The notes under the pieces are model-generated. The model saw only the letters and a list, made by a program, of their open reading frames with translations. It had not been told where the DNA came from and did no database searches. From Octopus sinensis (taxonomy: Eukaryota), in the NCBI RefSeq assembly GCF_006345805.1, contig NC_043004.1, forward strand, positions 36,270,001-36,334,000: a stretch of DNA of 64,000 bases, written 5' to 3'. A program made the position numbers and the translations under genes. Positions within the stretch are counted from its first letter, which is position 1; every line of letters starts with the position of its first letter. Of the stretch, positions 1 to 11,074 are shown one piece after another.

Positions 1-223
1 TATTTTAATCAATTTAGGGTAGCAAAAAATTCAGTAAAAATTTATCGCTACCAGCGGCCTAATGAAAAGAGAAAATAGTCAAAGACTAAATATGTATAAA
101 TATAACAATTTAGGAATGGCCTAGACAGGCCATTCGTCCACTAGAAAGAGCAGCCATAACTCCAACCGCCAAGTAGTGTAATTCGGAAATAAGGTGAAAA
201 TTTAAAAAATTTACCCTAATTCA

Positions 224-324
224 TCTTTTATACGATGCATCGTTTCAGTGTCTTTAATGATAGACCAGCTTAATTAAATTAAATTAAGCTAGTCTACCAT
301 AGGTCACACTTCATCAGTAAAAGA
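224..324 (-). ncRNA. Type I hammerhead ribozyme, intact core
   Basis: Minus strand reads UCUUUUA-CUGAUGA-AGUGU[long hairpin]ACACU-GAAA-CGAUGCAUCG-UA/UAAAAGA. This gives a 7 bp stem I, a canonical CUGAUGA/GAAA core, a palindromic stem III and a GUA triplet. Confidence 0.8.
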
Positions 325-1085
325 AACCTGGGAGAGACGGATATATACGAGGCGACTGTATCAATGCCTCGGGAATATCTGTCTTAAAATTTTCAAGACC
401 AACGCATTCGCGCCAAACTTATCGGCAGCAAATATAAACTGCCGATTCAATCTCAGAATTAGTCAGAAAATATCAATTAATCAATTTAAGGGTAGCAAAA
501 AATTCAGTAAAAATTTATCGCTACCAGCGGCCTAATGGAAAAGAGAAAATAGTCAAAGACAAATATTATAAATATAACAATTTAGGAATGGCCTAGACAG
601 GCCATTCGTCCACTAGAAAGAGCAGCCATAACTCCAACCGCCAAGTAGTGTAATTCGGAAATAAGGTGAAAATTTAAAAAATTAAAAACATTTACCCTAA
701 TTCAGGGTAAATGAATTAGGGTAAATGTTTTTAAATTTTCACCTTATTTCCGAATTACACTACTTGGCGGTTGGAGTTATGGCTGCTCTTTCTAGTGGAC
801 GAATGGCCTGTCTAGGCCATTCCTAAATTGTTATATTTATACATATTTAGTCTTTGACTATTTTCTCTTTTCCATTAGGCCGCTGGTAGCGATAAATTTT
901 TACTGAATTTTTTGCTACCCTAAATTGATTAATTGATAATTTTCTGACTAATTCTGAGATTGAATCGGCAGTTTATATTTGCTGCCGATAAGTTTGGCGC
1001 GAATGCGTTGGTCTTGAAAATTTTAAGACAGATATTCCCGAGGCATTGATACAGTCGCCTCGTACATATCCGTCTCTCCCAGGTT

Positions 1086-1187
1086 TCTTTTACTGATGAA
1101 GTGTGACCTATGGTAGACTAGCTTAATTTAATTTAATTAAGCTGGTCTATCATTAAAGACACTGAAAACGATGCATCGTATAAAAGA
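1086..1187 (+). ncRNA. Type I hammerhead ribozyme, second copy with GAAAA (one extra A) in the core
   Basis: TCTTTTA 1086-1092, CTGATGA 1093-1099, AGTGT/ACACT, GAAAA 1164-1168, CGATGCATCG 1169-1178, TA 1179-1180, TAAAAGA 1181-1187. Confidence 0.7.
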
Positions 1188-1318
1188 TGAATTAGGGTAA
1201 ATGTTTTTAAATTTTCACCTTATTTCCGAATTACACTACTTGGCGGTTGGAGTTATGGCTGCTCTTTCTAGTGGACGAATGGCCTGTCTAGGCCATTCCT
1301 AAATTGTTATATATATAT

Positions 1319-1367
<49 letters not shown>

Positions 1368-2226
1368 GTGTGTGTGTTGTTGTTTGTTTGTGTGTCTGTT
1401 TGCCAAAATTCGAAACCAATATTACTGTATACTGTTACTGTTATATATATATATATATATATATCTATATATATATATATGTTACATGAGAAAATGCGAG
1501 CAAGAGAAATAATATTCTTATGATTATAAACCTATAAAAGCACAGGACAAGTTATTACACTTGGAAAAGTTCAGGATAAGTTATTACATCTGGTAAAGTA
1601 CAGAATAAGAACATTTTTACTGGACATATTGCAGATAAGGATAAAATCTGAATATTAAAAATTATGTGATTTTAATTTTCAAGGTAACATTATAATTAAA
1701 AGAAGTACCATCATTTTGTTAAAATATTGACAAACTAGAATAGTTGAAAAACGAGAGCCAGAAGTACCAGTATAACTAAAGTTCTATGCAAAGTAGAATA
1801 GTATATATATTCATTATATAAAAATATAATTATTGGGTCAAGAGTAGAAATGTGAAGATTTGGCAATTACTTTACTGTGAATTTGTTGTTATAGGTAGAT
1901 TTTACTGTAATATATTAATAATTTTTGTATTATTCTATTTATTGTACTAACTAATTATGTAACTACTATTATTTTTTATAACTTATTTTCAAATTTCTAA
2001 TTATTAATCAATAATTTTAAAATGAATTGTTTTTAAAGTGCAAAAAATATTTTGTGTTATTACAAATAGAAGTAATAACTTGTAATAAAATTTTTAGCTT
2101 TAATAAAATCTAATATTTTCTAAATCTTAAATATTTTATTCGAATAAAAGAATATTATTTCTCTTGCTCGCATTTTTCCATGTAATATATATATATATAT
2201 AACAGTAACCAGTGTACAGTAATATT

Positions 2227-2428
2227 GGTTTTGAATTTTGGCACAAGGCCACTATTTTCGGGGAAAGGATACTAGTCGATTACGTTGACCCTAGTATCAA
2301 ACTGGTACTTATTTTGTCGGCCCTGGAAGTCAGCTGCGGCGGAATTTGAACTCAGAGCGCAAAGCCTGACGAAATACCGCTAAACATTTTGCTGGACGTG
2401 CTTACTCATTCATCCAGCTTGCCGCCTT
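2227..2428 (-). mobile_element. SINE family A copy (degenerate)
   Basis: Shares GTCGATTAC..GACCC..ACTGGTACTTA..GGCGGAATTTGAACTCAGA..GACGAAATACCGCTAA..GCCGCC with about ten other copies in the window. Confidence 0.75.
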
Positions 2429-2639
2429 ATATGTAAGATATTTTTTCATGGCACGTGATTGACATTCGAACTTACAAACAGGTAAACAGTGAGCAGTAGT
2501 ATAATAAAAAAAGCAAAAGATTGAATGAAAGCATAAACGGTACTTTGCTGAACAGCTGAAGGCGAGGAGTGGGCTGGCGATAGTGGTAGACTACTTTAAT
2601 CTAATCACATTCAAAGTCCTGACATAGTTTTAGGCGTAG

Positions 2640-3300
2640 ATGTGATGGCTGTAATAGCATCAACTGATGATATACGAATGTTGACAAGCGGTACACGTTG
2701 TTTGGAGTGTCTGACCAATAAATATTTACTGCAGTTGATAGCATAACAAGATAATTTTCAGTTCACTGAATCTGGAAGTTGTAGTACTGATTAAGAAGAA
2801 CGAGATCAAACGGAACATTATTGATAAATTCTGGTCCATAACTCTGACGAAATTTAAGAATTTGGTCAAGGTTTTCGGAAAGAAGTTGGTTCAAGTCGAC
2901 AGTAGTATAAGCGAGAAAGTACAAGCTTTTAGATCCCGGGTAGGTATTCACCATAAACAGGGATTCATGCCGATACATTATGGGGAGGTGAGAAACTAAT
3001 TACGCTTATTAGGGCTCTGGTCGATTTGGATGAGCGAAATAATTTTAAAAGGGTTCACTATGGTTACTTGGAGGGTATCCTCCAAGGAGATGGTTGCTGT
3101 GAACTTCGATACCATAAAGGTGTTCGAGAACGCAGAAGTCGTGATTGGCGACACCACCCTAAAAAAAATAGGAGGCAGGAACATAAGAAAAAAAATCAAC
3201 CTGGACAAGTCGAGAGGCTTGCAGCTCAACAAGTGAAAAGGTGTGTGTACACAACTCGCTAGATCACAGGAAGCTAGATAGAGGGACCGATTCCAAACCG
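2640..3300 (-). pseudogene. Possible decayed Penelope-like reverse transcriptase remnant
   Basis: A stop-riddled minus frame reads LVSHLP..ESLFMVN..SKSLY..PEFI..DLVLLNQYYNFQ..NYLVMLSTAV. By eye this resembles the PLE RT series FLNHLP..DVKSLY..LVLxNNYFxF..YLQxxGTAMG. No alignment was run. Confidence 0.3.
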
Positions 3301-3810
3301 GGAATGTCTGTAATTTCTCTTCACATAGAATGATGCTATCCACTGGTCAGGCTTTCTACTTGTTGCCAAGATACTTTTTTTATGGTGGCTGATGTAAACA
3401 CATGAACAAAATAAGAATAAACAAAAACAACAACAACAAAAACAAATTACATGAACGTATATAAACAGAAGATACAAATATTACAGGCATCCCCACACAC
3501 ACACTAAATAAACATAGACGCACATAGAGATATAAGCATGCGCAAATGAAGACATACAATAGAAATACAAAATGGCTGACGGTTAGTAAGGAGAGACACA
3601 AATAAGAAAGAAGAAAACAAAGGACTACTGATGCGGTTACAGGAGTGTGACGAAAGAACTCTGGCCGAAATAAGATTAAGATTAATGTAAAAAATAAATA
3701 ATACTGAAGCAAAGTAACACCAAATATATAGTGCGTGTGTTTTTATTGGCTAAACTGGCAAAATGACCATTCCGAAAAATAGCAATATATATATATATAT
3801 ATATATATAC

Positions 3811-3975
3811 ACGACGGGCTTCTTTCAGTTTCCGTCTACAAAATCCACTCACAAGGCTTTGGTCAGCCAGAGGCTATAGTAGAAGACACTCGCCCAAGGT
3901 GCCACGCAGTGGGACTGAACCCGGAACCATGTGGTTCGTAAGCAAGCTACTTACCACACAGCCACTCCTACGCCT
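3811..3975 (-). mobile_element. tRNA-derived SINE family B copy
   Basis: Reverse complement of AGGAGTGGCTGTGTGGTAAGTAGCTTGCTTAC..GGTTCCGGGTTCAGTCCCACTGCGTGGCACCTTGGGC..GACGGAAACTGAAAGAAGCCCGTCGT; the same sequence occurs at 38563 and 52936. Confidence 0.85.
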
Positions 3976-4031
3976 CCAGTAAATTTTTTTAAAAGGGTAG
4001 TGTTGCGGACATGACCCAAATGAATAGTCCT

Positions 4032-4074
<43 letters not shown>

Positions 4075-6589
4075 AAGAAGGATACTGCTTTCACAGATGA
4101 CGTTAGCCCTGAATGACAATTGGTGAGATTCAAAGGTGGTCAGAGAAAATAATGATGACATCATAACTGATTCATGAATGACGGGAATTGTCATCAGTTA
4201 TAAAGTTGAAGATATCACTAATGACATATTGGAAGGGCAAAAGACATAAGTTTCAAAGGTGATGTGAAGGCCATCATGCACCTCCGCTACCTACCTTGTA
4301 CTGTCTCAAACTTCTTCTTTTGGTCTTCTTTTATTAATGTTGCTGCCACCACTATTACAACAATAACTACTACTACTACTGCTGCTGCTGCTGCAACTAC
4401 TACCACAACTACTACCACAACTACTACAACTACTACTGCTACGTAGTCGCTCCAGGAAAAAAGGGTCATTCATCGGTTTCCTCGATTTGTAAGAAGTAGC
4501 CACCAAGTTCCTGTCAAATATCATACCCAGCGTCTAAAGCAAAAGAAACGGAGATGGTCGAGGCTGGAATGTCTTTGAACGAAAGTTGGTTCAGTTTTTG
4601 CTAACCTGGAGTTAAATAGCTATGTTGCTATTTAACCTGGAGTTAAATAGCAACAACTATCACTAGTCTGCTGTAGTTATTGCTGCTGCTGTTGCTGCTG
4701 CTGCTGCTACTACCAGCACCCCTCCACCCCAGTGCCATCCCCTTCCCCTGTGGAGACCACCACCTGCTATAATTAGTGACTGTAATTATTGTGATAGTTA
4801 AAATACTTAAGGAGGAAATAAACTAATATTTGTAAGTGAAATCAATGAAAAGACATTAGATAGATGGCGCTTCATAGTTGATAGATAACATCTACTTAGT
4901 CATTTTTATCAGAGCTTTTAATGAACTGGAAAATATGTGGCGTAAATTATAATGAAACGATGAGCTCCTCATTATTATTATTATTATTATTATTATTGTA
5001 GTTAGTATAGTTTTCTTGCTGTTGTTGTTGTTTACAGTAGTTTATTGTTTCAATCAAATGTATTTTCCAATATTTTCAATGATTGTTTCCTTGTTTTGAG
5101 AATATTTCTCTCTTTTCTATGATTCCAATTTTTCTTCAATGTTTTTTTTTTCCTTATTAAATATTAATCTTTTGGGAATGTTTGTTTTCGATATTATTTG
5201 CTGTTTTGTTTGTTTAATTTCCATTCCTATTTCTTTTATTATGTCTTCGATATATTTTCTATATTTTTTTCATTTGTTTTCTTCTTCGACATCCCTCTTT
5301 TTAAATACATTATCGTTGCATTACACCAATACCTTCGCCCCGGTGGCAGAAGTTTTGTCAACATTGGTTTAATTTAAAACAATAACAAAAAAAAATCATG
5401 AAAGTTGGAGAGACAGTTACAATGTTTTATGAGTTATATTCGTTTCTACTGGTCCCAGTTCGTTTCAGAACTGTGAAATTAATCAAAATATTTCTTGGCA
5501 AGGAGTGAAATGGGCAATAAAATATCTCTTTATTCCAATATAAATGTTAGCAAGTTAATTCTTTGAGGAGCTCTCAACGACTAACATGACCAGTACTTAA
5601 TTCTTGGGTTTTGTCTATCAAATGAAGGCGATATAAAAATCAAGAATAAAAGCATCGCCCACTGAATATGAATATAATGTTATTTGCATTGACAAATATC
5701 TTATCTAGAAGTATTGCTGTCACATCTATTTGAAACTACAGCTAAACAACATGCTTTAAATGTACCATGAAGCTTAAGAGGTATTTACATTCGCTTTCAG
5801 TATTCACTAACGAACACACTTTAAGCCTGTTTTCATTTCTGTTTTCAACTAATTTTCTCCGCTTCATTTATATTCCTTGATTCTATGGCAGAAAGGGTGA
5901 CATTTATACTGATTCTCCGCATTTGCAAATTCATAGTCGTGTGTTATTATATTATTATCAATTACAAGGAATTGTAAGTTCTGCATGCTAACTATTTACA
6001 GCAGCATGGATTACGTTACTGCAAGTTAATTGATTTTACATGGAAACAGAGAAGAACTGATGACGATAGAACAGACGTTTTGTAATATTCAGTAATCAAC
6101 CGGGACACGGTCATCGACTCAACCACATGTGAATAGACCTCATCAACTTACACTACTTTAACAAAACTGGCGAAATTATGTTGGCTAAAATAACAACTGA
6201 AGAAGAAGAGTAAACCAGAGTGTACCGAATGTCAGTGTGTGTAGAGTTGCGTCAGTGTTTGTGATATGTTAGAGTGTGTGTGCGTGCGTGAGTGTGTATG
6301 TCTATGCGCGCGTGTGTGTGTGCTTATAGTACATCAGAATAACAATGTGGGTCGTACAGTCATTTTATCTTTTTCCCTAAATGCTATAGATATTGGTCTA
6401 TTCTTTCAGAGATAACCCAGGTTTAAAGAACATTAACTTCTATACCAGCTTACACTCGATTTAAGCATTAGTGAACTGCCTACATCTGCCTCTTTGCCTT
6501 ATTTTATATCTCATTTAGAAAGCTATAGTGTCGTCATTTACAGGCGACTAACAAGCCACTCAACTAATTCACTGCGTTTCCAATGGTGT

Positions 6590-6806
6590 CTGTCAAAGGC
6601 GGCGGTTGTGAAATTCAAATAGCAAAGAACTAAGTTATTTTTTATCAAAACATTTCTTTACAGGTCGTCTTCAGCTGCATGTATGTTTTGGTGACATTCA
6701 TCAAAATAAAAGCTGTAGCCCATCTTTTATACCAAGACAAAGCAATGTACATGATAACACGTCCAATCACTTAGGATCAGAATGAATGAATGAATGAATA
6801 ATAATA

Positions 6807-6851
<45 letters not shown>

Positions 6852-6895
6852 TAATAATAATAATAATGATAATAATAATAATAATGATGATGATG

Positions 6896-6940
<45 letters not shown>

Positions 6941-7432
6941 TCCCTGATGCAGTACCATATGATTGTGATGCATGTGCCTAGTGTAACCTTATCAGACGCG
7001 TAGTCATGATGGGTATAATGGGCTTCATATATTTTACCCCAGTGTCAGGTGGGGCCCAGTTAGAATTTTCTTCTGGTCGAGTAACCCATCCCGCTCAAAA
7101 GGTCCCTGAATAAGGGTTGTTTAAGGATGTTGAACGAAACACCCATGTTTCCTGAGGTGAATTGTCCAAACCCCAAAGATTTCCTCTCAACACATGGCTA
7201 TGATGCTCCCCCACTACTTCTGCTCGCGATCAGAGCTGTGCATGTCGTCAGCCACTAAGGGACATGCTCAACTGGTTAAGGTCAAACAACTGACAAGCAA
7301 ATATGTGGTATTGAGCAGAATATTTGTTGTAGCCCATCTTTTCTACCAAGACAAAACAATGTACATGATAACACTTCCAATCAGTTAAGATCAGAAGCCA
7401 TGTGGAGCCACTGCCTGGTACTACATCAGGGC

Positions 7433-7513
<81 letters not shown>

Positions 7514-7570
7514 CATTATTATTATTATTATTATTATTATTCATCCATTCATTCATTCATTCATTCTGAG
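6590..7570. repeat. Cluster of SINE-like fragments with (AAT)n/(ATT)n tails
   Basis: Direct repeat GTAGCCCATCTTTT..CCAAGACAAA..ATCAGAA at ~6715-6782 and ~7329-7397. Inverted repeat GGTACT(G/A)CATCAGGG.ATTT(ATT)n at 6777-6955 (-) and 7416-7568 (+). Confidence 0.65.
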
Positions 7571-7920
7571 TTCAAATTCTGCAGAGGTCGACTTTGCATT
7601 TCATACTTTCGGAGTCGATTAAATAAGTACCAGTTACGCACTGAGGTCGATGTAATCGACTAGCCCCCTCCCACCAAATTTTCAAGGCATTGTGCCTAGA
7701 GTAGTAGTAATAATAATAATAATAATTATTATTATTATTAGAATCGTTAGCTTGCCGGGCGAAATGCTTAGCGGTATTTCGTCTGTCTTTACGTTCTGAG
7801 TCTAAATTCCGATGAGGTCGATTTTGTCTTTCATCATTTCGGAGTCGATAAATTAAGTACCAGTTGCGTACTGGGATCGATCTGGCCCCTCCTCCAAAAT
7901 TTCAGGCCTTGTGCCTATAG
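7563..7920 (+). mobile_element. Two adjacent SINE family A copies
   Basis: TTCTGAG..AAATTC..GAGGTCGA..GTACCAGTT.CG.ACTG occurs twice, separated by (AAT)n. Confidence 0.8.
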
Positions 7921-8745
7921 TATAATTATTGTCGTTGTTGTTGTTGTTGTTGTTGTTATTAATGTTGTTGTTGTTGTTGTTGTCGTTGTTGTTATCATTA
8001 TTATTATTATTATTAAGTTAGTGGCATACAGATTAAGTCTGGTGTCAGTCAGAATTATTTCGAAGTATTCAGCTCCCTTAAGCTTTAAATTCAGTTTTCG
8101 CCGAGGTTTATTTCTTATTCGTGGTTGATCACTAAAATAACTGAGAAACCTGCACGCATCTACTGAAATCGATTTAATCAATTACATCCCTGCTATGAAA
8201 GTTAGTGGCCCTTTGCCAACGTGAGACACTCTTAATATTATTCGTTACTTCGTTAGACATGCTTGCATGGTTTATTAATCATAGATAAATTTAAACAATT
8301 AAATTTAATCCAGCTGTAGATTTATCAAAAGAATCTCATTAGAAACCAGAGTAAAATCTTATCTGCGTTTTCCTAAACCGTTGCCGCTTGTCCCCCACTT
8401 TAGTTCAGGACAGATGTGTTGCATTGGGAACTGGCCAAATACGTTTACACGCTTGCACAGCTGAATATGATCGTTCATTGAACACTTATTGAACCATTTG
8501 TGCTCATCACAATATATCCGAAAAGTCTTTAGTTGTTTAAACGTTTAAGAAGATCGAGCTGATCAAACCAGGTCTCTGGGCTGAATAATTCCTGCATGGT
8601 TTCCTTTACCACTTCTAAATATTCATTTTGTTCATGGCTAGACGGACGCTATAATCACTGACTCATTCATTCTATCTCTGTCTCACTTCCCCTCTCTCAC
8701 TCCCCCCTCTCTCTCTTTCTCTCCCCCTTCTTCCTCTCCACGTAG

Positions 8746-8811
8746 CGAATCGATTTTGTCTGAAGTGCCATTGCATTCTATTGGACAGAATCGCATGGCT
8801 ATCGTTTTAAG
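8746..8811 (+). other. Candidate exon of an unidentified host gene
   Basis: A long CT tract precedes TAG (8743-8745) and AAG|GTAAGC forms a donor at 8811/8812. One frame is open (ESILSEVPLHSIGQNRMAIVL), with an ATG at 8795. Confidence 0.25.
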
Positions 8812-9480
8812 GTAAGCTAACAGGTTGCGTGTTGTTGAGGTGAGTTAGATCATTCAAGCTAAAATATCCAAGTTAAAATTTTACTCACTACACTTCTCAC
8901 TCAAATGTACGCACGCACATTTACGCACACCCACTCACACACACTCACACACACACACACTTACACACATACACACGTACACATTCGAACACACAAAGTG
9001 AAGTACTCACACCTAAATACACTTATAAAAACGAGGAAGACGATTGTCGATGGCTGAATTAACAGCATACAAAACTATTAGCTGAATAGTCGATAATCTA
9101 CATGTTAACAGCGCAGTATTGCCTGGAGTGAAAACATTAACTCTGAGCTCACCAACGCCACCTAACAACAAATAAGCGCCAGAAAGTAGAAACAATTAGA
9201 TAGGAGGAACAGTGTAAAATTGACGAGTGTTTCATTTGCTAGACGTTCTTGGTTCAATTCTTAGGTTGGAAAAAGTTTTGTTTTTTCCTAACTTGATCAA
9301 GATGCATTAAATAAAGATGATAGAATACATACCAGTAATATATGGCGGTCACTTTCATCGACTGTGACCCATTGTCTGGCAAAAGTAATTTTTGTTTTAT
9401 GGAGTTGTAAAAAGGAAACACATGCTAATGACTTTCTGACTTCCGCTAACCCTCCAGGCTTGGTGATGCTCCCACTCAAA

Positions 9481-9597
<117 letters not shown>

Positions 9598-9999
9598 GTG
9601 TGTGTATGCGTGTGCTTAGTATAACATTATTTCACAGTCAAATATTAGTTTTGTCCCGGCTGAGCTGTTTACAACAATGAACAAACAAGCCCCAGCTGAA
9701 AGTCAGGCCAGACCGTCATACTTTTGATATAATATCTATGTGTATTGTGTTGTATATACTACGTGACCCCTATTTCAGTATGCTCCCACCCAGCGCTCGA
9801 TCAAGCTTTTCTAAATTCAGAGGAGCCAGGAAATGTCTGCAACTGAAGATTTGCAACCAAACTAAATTGAAGTGAAAACAAAATAATGGAGCTGGATGAA
9901 TCTGTGGTAGAATGAAAAAGGCGGTCTCACTCAGCTGATGTATCGACAATGGACCGAGCAAAAGATAAAGAAGATATACTTGACTGCTGTTCAGAGTAT

Positions 10000-10600
10000 T
10001 TCCTTTATTTATTCAAAATACCAGCCTACGTCAAGTTGAAGAATCTTGGAAAATGTACTTCTGATGTGTCCACGGATAATTGGCCGAGTGTGAGACAAAG
10101 TGGTGTTCGCCATTAATTTATTTTCAGATAGTAACACTGAATAGGCTTCCAGTAGAATTTTGAAGAAACGGCGGAAATAAACTCCTACGATATATTTACC
10201 ACTTAATCTTGAAACCACGAGCAGCTGCTAAACGTCTTCTCTGGTTTGGAAAGATGCTAGCATCGACCTTATATTGAAGAAGAGCAACATGAATGAATGC
10301 GGCAACGAACGAAGGAATTTCTCTACTTGTTGTCGTCAAAATCGTCTTTTCAAAGTTATGTTCAAGAGATAGAATTTTAAAAAAAGATCATTGTAGAATT
10401 TCTACTTGGAAATAATTGTAGGTTCAACAGTGTAGGGCAAACATGGTTACGGTTTTCTACATCTGACACATCCAGGGTCAACGTAGCGTAGGAGCAGAAC
10501 AAGGCATTATCTGTAATTCTCATCGATATTTGAAAGTAAACTGACACAATGAACAAATAAGGATTGTGGTAGGTTGTCAGAAGGTTCAGATATCCAGAAA
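10000..10600 (+). pseudogene. Possible decayed Penelope-like RT remnant
   Basis: A stop-riddled frame reads SYDIFTT..NHEQLL and IVEFLLGNNCRFNSVGQTWL, loosely resembling PLE RT FDVxSLYTNIPH and EFxLxNNxFxFNGxxY. Judged by eye only. Confidence 0.25.
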
Positions 10601-10842
10601 CATTCACTTCGAGGATTAATGCTATGATTGAATCCCTACAAAACGCCATAAACTGGCCATCAAAAATTAGATTAGGAAGGAACGCGTGTCAGCATTTATA
10701 TTACTCTTACTTCATTTGTCAATGATGTTCATGTGTGCATGCGTCTATCTATTTCTCCCTCTCCCTCTCTCTATCTATCTCTCTTCCTCTCTTTCCCTCT
10801 CTGTCTCCCACTCTGTATACACACACACACACACACGATATA

Positions 10843-11074
10843 TATTTCTTTATTGTCCACAAGGGGTTAAACATAGAGGGGACAAACAAGGACAAACGAA
10901 GGGATTAAGTCGATTACATCGACCCCAGTGCGAAACTGGTACTTTATTTATCTGCCCCGAAAGGATGAAAGGCAAGGTCGACCTCGGCCGAATTTGAACT
11001 CAGAACGTAATGGCAGACGAAATACTGCTAAGCATTTCGCCCGGCGCGCTAACGTTTCTGCCTGCTCACCGCCT
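10843..11074 (-). mobile_element. SINE family A, near full length
   Basis: Close reverse complement of the 63337-63570 copy. Confidence 0.9.

Larger units (their letters stand above)
1..1310. mobile_element. Palindromic/tandem array of a ~475 bp non-coding HHR-containing unit (retrozyme-like / Penelope pLTR-like); left end lies outside the window
   Basis: GGTAGC recurs at 18 and 491 (period 473) and TGAATTAGGG at 712 and 1188 (period 476). 712-1310 is the reverse complement of ~100-704, with a 7 nt spacer at 705-711. The right end runs into (TA)n. No ORF. Confidence 0.85.

Noticed and set aside
3026-3262. GILQGD in the plus-strand ORF as a LINE RT motif
   Set aside because: It is not followed by SLSPLLF or any other RT motif; the opposite strand better explains the region as a PLE remnant.
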